A DNA stretch of 39,835 nucleotides, from positions 1 to 39,835 of the forward strand of contig JAUCBJ010002050.1 of the NCBI GenBank assembly GCA_032718475.1, in the 5' to 3' direction. Source of the DNA: Nemertoderma westbladi. Taxonomy: Eukaryota; Animalia; Xenacoelomorpha. The notes below the pieces were generated by a model. The model was not told the DNA's origin. It worked only from the letters and a program-made list of their open reading frames with translations, and ran no database searches. Below are positions 36,025 through 39,835 of this stretch, piece by piece. Every line of letters begins with the position of its first letter. Position 1 is the stretch's first letter. The position numbers and the translations under genes were made by a program.

Positions 36025-36714
36025 ATGTCAGAAGGGGCAGCTTCCATTACATCTTATGATGAAACAAATGAAATTCCTGCTAATCAGAATGACCATCAAA
36101 AGGGATGGCGACTTTACATGTTGGTGGCCATGTTGCTAATGTATCAAATGATACCAGGTTGGTGTCAGAATCTACTGGAAACATTCTTTCCAATTGTTGT
36201 AGAAGAGCATGGTTGGTCAAAGACCCTGCCTGGTGCATTATTGGCAATGTTTTCTACTGTCAGACTTATAATATACATTAGTTACCCTTATTCTATCAAC
36301 AATTGGGGAACTGGTATATCTTTGGGTCTATTTGGCATTATTGGGGCAGTCTCCCAATTGGCATTTGGGTTTCTAGAATATATTCCAAACAATAACAATG
36401 GATTATATATATTCGCATGTTTTTCTCTGCGCATTATTGAAGCAGTTGGACTCAACATCAGTTATATGTATTCATACAGTCTATTGATGGAGTTGTGGCC
36501 TGCACAAAGAACTTTATTAGCCAGTTTATCTATAGTTAGCGATAGTATTGGATGCATGGTTGCACCTGTTTTTGGTTCTTCCATTTTTGCTTCTTTGGGT
36601 TTTGAGTTCCCATTTATAATATCGGGTTTGATGTTTCTGTACGCGCTTTTGAAGACCTTTAGCAGTTTAACCTGCCAAAATTTATATGTCTTTTGGTTTA
36701 TAAATATACTTTAG
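36025..36714 (+). CDS. MFS transporter, SLC18B1-like, N-terminal ~6-TM half only
   Basis: About six hydrophobic helices. FFP...HGWS, AFGFLEYIP, FSLRIIEAVG and GCMVAPVFGSSIFASLGFEFPFIISG match the SLC18B1-type pattern. No C-terminal half is seen in the window, and the last ~25 codons may be read-through into an intron or insertion. Confidence 0.75.
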   Translation: MSEGAASITSYDETNEIPANQNDHQKGWRLYMLVAMLLMYQMIPGWCQNLLETFFPIVVEEHGWSKTLPGALLAMFSTVRLIIYISYPYSINNWGTGISLGLFGIIGAVSQLAFGFLEYIPNNNNGLYIFACFSLRIIEAVGLNISYMYSYSLLMELWPAQRTLLASLSIVSDSIGCMVAPVFGSSIFASLGFEFPFIISGLMFLYALLKTFSSLTCQNLYVFWFINIL

Positions 36715-38981
36715 AAGATGACAAATATTTAATACCAATAAACACAACATTAGCAGAAGCCAGCCTAGTGCGCGTCCATTCACCCGCTGGATAATCCCGG
36801 GAGACTGGATTCTGTCGGCTTAGATTATTATTGCAGTGAAGCTTACTGTATTGTATTATTCGATTGATCGTTAATAAATAATTTCTGACTAATATTATTC
36901 ACTTTCGGGAAATATTAACAGTTCCTTTAGGACGTGGCGCTCTATCTAAATAAACAGAGATATGACTTATACTAATCACAACGGTAAGTCGGTAAGGCTT
37001 AAGATTCACGTATGAGGCGCATTCTTTAGGAAATGCTTAGTTATCAATCACAATCATACACTACCGGTAACAAACAATACTGCTCACTAATTTGCCGACC
37101 GTCAATGAATTTTTATCATATATAAAGCGAACAGCAATTGACTCATGTAGGGCTTACCAAATAGCATTAAATTCACTACAAACCACAACAATATAAGTCG
37201 CAATCGCTATATATAACCCGTCTCTCTAACCTGTAGTGTATCAAGAAAATTGGGAAATTTGGGTTCTTTATATGTTCTCCAAATAATATTCAACCAAAAC
37301 ACAACAGTAAACAGCATTAAGACGGTAGGTTAAGATATGATATGACAAGATGTGAACAAAGTATTGTTATGCATTGATATGAATCGATAACAGTCATACG
37401 CTCTATAATTTAAGCCTACTAATGTTTCTTCTAAAAGTATGAAACGAATTGATTCTAGAGCCGTTGTTCCTGGCCTAGACAGCAATAACAACAAAGTATC
37501 AAGTAAAACAGTAAGACTGAACACTCTCCTTATGATCGGCCGAAAAGCTACACGTCGACAGGAAAAATCGCTCTGATTGGCTCAAGCCAAACAAAGAACC
37601 ATGCGTCCAATGGCTGTTTCCATGTCAGCACACTTGCGTCCTTCTGGGCTCCTCTCTGATGACTTCGAGGCGCACCCATGAGGCGGACGCTGTCCCACCA
37701 CCCCTGGGGCCAGTCCGACTCCGTTTTTATCAGACTGGGCCGGAGGGTAGCCCGATGCTTCCCGGGTTCAATTTTCAATCCCCCGATCACACCGGCACAG
37801 CTCGTCGGTGTAGCCGATCCAGGCTTACGGTTGATCGCCTACTGTTAACTTACTGTGGCCTGACTGTACATTGAGCCAACTCAGAGAGTCAACCGGCGGG
37901 TGGACCAGTCGATAGCGATCGAGCATCAAGGTCGCCCTTGAGCCAAACCGACGGTCTTGTCCCAAGTGGGCTTGCGCTACCCAACATGGAATATTGACCG
38001 TTTTCACCCGCCTCGCCGGCAGTATTTGAAAACGCAATACTGTCTGTAGCTAAAAAGCTACTGAACAAGTCACCACTTACCAGTCACTGTACACGTGTAC
38101 TCAACAGATGTTCGATAATCAAGTACTCAAAAGTAAACACAAAATCGGACACATACCATGCACACACAGAAGACACAATCGGGAAAGACAAAATCGGTGA
38201 CAAAATCAGAGGGGACAAAATTGTATCGACTAATAAAGAGTCGAGAGTATTTTATTTTACCGACAGGGTAAAATAACTTTGTGTGCACAAAGGATGCTGG
38301 GGTGCAGTAAAGATATGGTCCTACTAATACCAGCGGCGTCGGGTCCAACCGGCAAGGGTTCCCATACTCACTCGCAGTGGCCACACATACAAAACACAGT
38401 TCATACCACACAACACCACAAATCACACCATGCCACCACCCCTACTGTGTACAGGACTGGCAGTACGGCAACAGGCCGACTAGACGGTACCACGGCACCA
38501 TGTTAATTCATGGTTCGCAAGACACGAGGGCCTTCAGTAACTCCCCTGCACTATATCAAATTTAACGTGCCCCCGGACCCTCACGAGCCCGCCGCCGCCT
38601 GTTGCTGGCACCCCTATAGAGACCTCACCTCCTTGGGTACCAGCTGTTAGATGTCGTAATATGAATCATCACGGCTAAGCTGTGAAAGGTTGTTGGTGCA
38701 TTGCAGGTTTTTTGCCTTACCATGTCCGCCAAAAGAAGTATATAGCAGAATGACTTTTATGTCCGTTAAAACACCTGTAACGGTACCTTGCGGGCGAGGG
38801 GAATATATATACAGTTAGAGAACCTTTTTAGAGTATTCCAGCGCCTGGGGGGAAACTGGATTGCGAAGCAAAGGGGCCAGTTATATCCCACAGAAGCTTT
38901 TACACCGCTCCCAGAAAATGGGATTTGAGTCTATAAATATACAAAATCACAGTTTCTAATATACGTAAATACTCTAAACAG

Positions 38982-39835
38982 TTAGTCTTTCTTGCGCGGA
39001 CGGCGTTTACGCAGTTTTTTAAAGCTAGCCAGAGTCCTTTTCTCTTTGGGGCGAGCCACTTTACAAGGAGGGCTATAACTCCTGGGTGAAGGGTGCAATA
39101 TGATTGCATCAGAGGGTGTAGGATTATGGTCGGTGTATCCGCCAGTCGAAGTACCGGGTTGATTGACATCAACGTCAGGGGAGAGGGGTCTAACAGCTTT
39201 GAGAGCTCGTTTCAAGACAGCCGCTCTTACGGGTCCTTTACGAGTGGTCTGAACGAGGGCCGTGGGTGGACCATAGGCAGTTAGAAACCTCCGGGGTTTA
39301 ATGGTCCTTTCCAACTCGCGTTTGCGGGCTCGGTATTCGTAAGGCCGTCGATATACTTCCTGTAACTCAGGGTGTGAGTTAACAAACAATTCTCCACAGT
39401 CCGGATCCTGACGGATATGATTGATTAAGTTATAGGAATGAAGGTCGCTAGGATTAACACTCCTGAGAAATTTGCGTACGAATTTGGTTGAAATACATTC
39501 TCCGACGCGCTTCAGTAGCTCGTAACTTGATATGCGTGATTTCTGTTCAACCAAAGCGAATAGATAAGGATGGAACGCATAAACTCCTTCGTAAGCGCGT
39601 CCGGGATAATAGCGATGGCGCGAATCACAATGTAAATCAGCGTTCGCTTCCCAAGCTGTGATGTAACGTAGTGTGATCATTTCATCTACGCTTTCCAAAT
39701 CGTGATTAAAAGGGCAATCGAAACTGGCGTGTCCCTTTAGTTGACAATGGTGACATTGAGTCATAAATTGAGGGCAAACCGCAAAAACGTGCAAATTATT
39801 AAATCTGCAATACGCGCAATAAATTTCCATCGCCA
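38982..39835 (-). CDS. Double CCHC zinc-knuckle protein with basic C-terminus, probably mobile-element encoded; may be 5'-incomplete
   Basis: CAYCRFNNLHVFAVC (CX2CX5HX4C) and CHHCQLKGHASFDC (CX2CX4HX4C), a Pro/Ser-rich linker and an NLS-like KKLRKRRPRKK. 282 uninterrupted codons reaching the window edge. Confidence 0.7.
   Translation of the reverse strand, partial: AMEIYCAYCRFNNLHVFAVCPQFMTQCHHCQLKGHASFDCPFNHDLESVDEMITLRYITAWEANADLHCDSRHRYYPGRAYEGVYAFHPYLFALVEQKSRISSYELLKRVGECISTKFVRKFLRSVNPSDLHSYNLINHIRQDPDCGELFVNSHPELQEVYRRPYEYRARKRELERTIKPRRFLTAYGPPTALVQTTRKGPVRAAVLKRALKAVRPLSPDVDVNQPGTSTGGYTDHNPTPSDAIILHPSPRSYSPPCKVARPKEKRTLASFKKLRKRRPRKKD

Noticed and set aside
37656-37662. CTGATGA hammerhead core
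   Set aside because: No GAAA after a plausible stem II.

Overview
AT-rich animal (probably invertebrate) nuclear DNA; nothing here looks prokaryotic. Most of the window is a head-to-tail tandem duplication (copy A 1123-17676, copy B 17676-33261). The copies differ by scattered SNPs/indels and by five copy-specific insertions, each confirmed against the empty site in the other copy: an L2 LINE and a TTAA/piggyBac-like non-autonomous element in A, and a LINE 3' tip, an RTE LINE and a Crack/CR1-group LINE in B. The only convincing host gene in the duplicated unit is a 73-aa prepropeptide (9972-10193 and 23670-23891). It has a signal peptide, a 32-aa CC-x11-C-x-C peptide ending in a G-KR amidation signal, and a second basic site. 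This layout resembles orexin-type neuropeptide precursors or a Cys-rich toxin, and CRE/CCAAT/TATA-like motifs lie upstream. Also present: a repeat family carrying extended CTCF-like motifs, two Penelope-type minimal hammerhead-like motifs next to inverted repeats, two tRNA-derived SINEs, and BEL/Pao and CR1-group relics. The unique right end holds the N-terminal half of an SLC18B1-like MFS transporter and a double zinc-knuckle ORF with a hairpin-rich downstream region. All family names come from motif recognition, not database searches.
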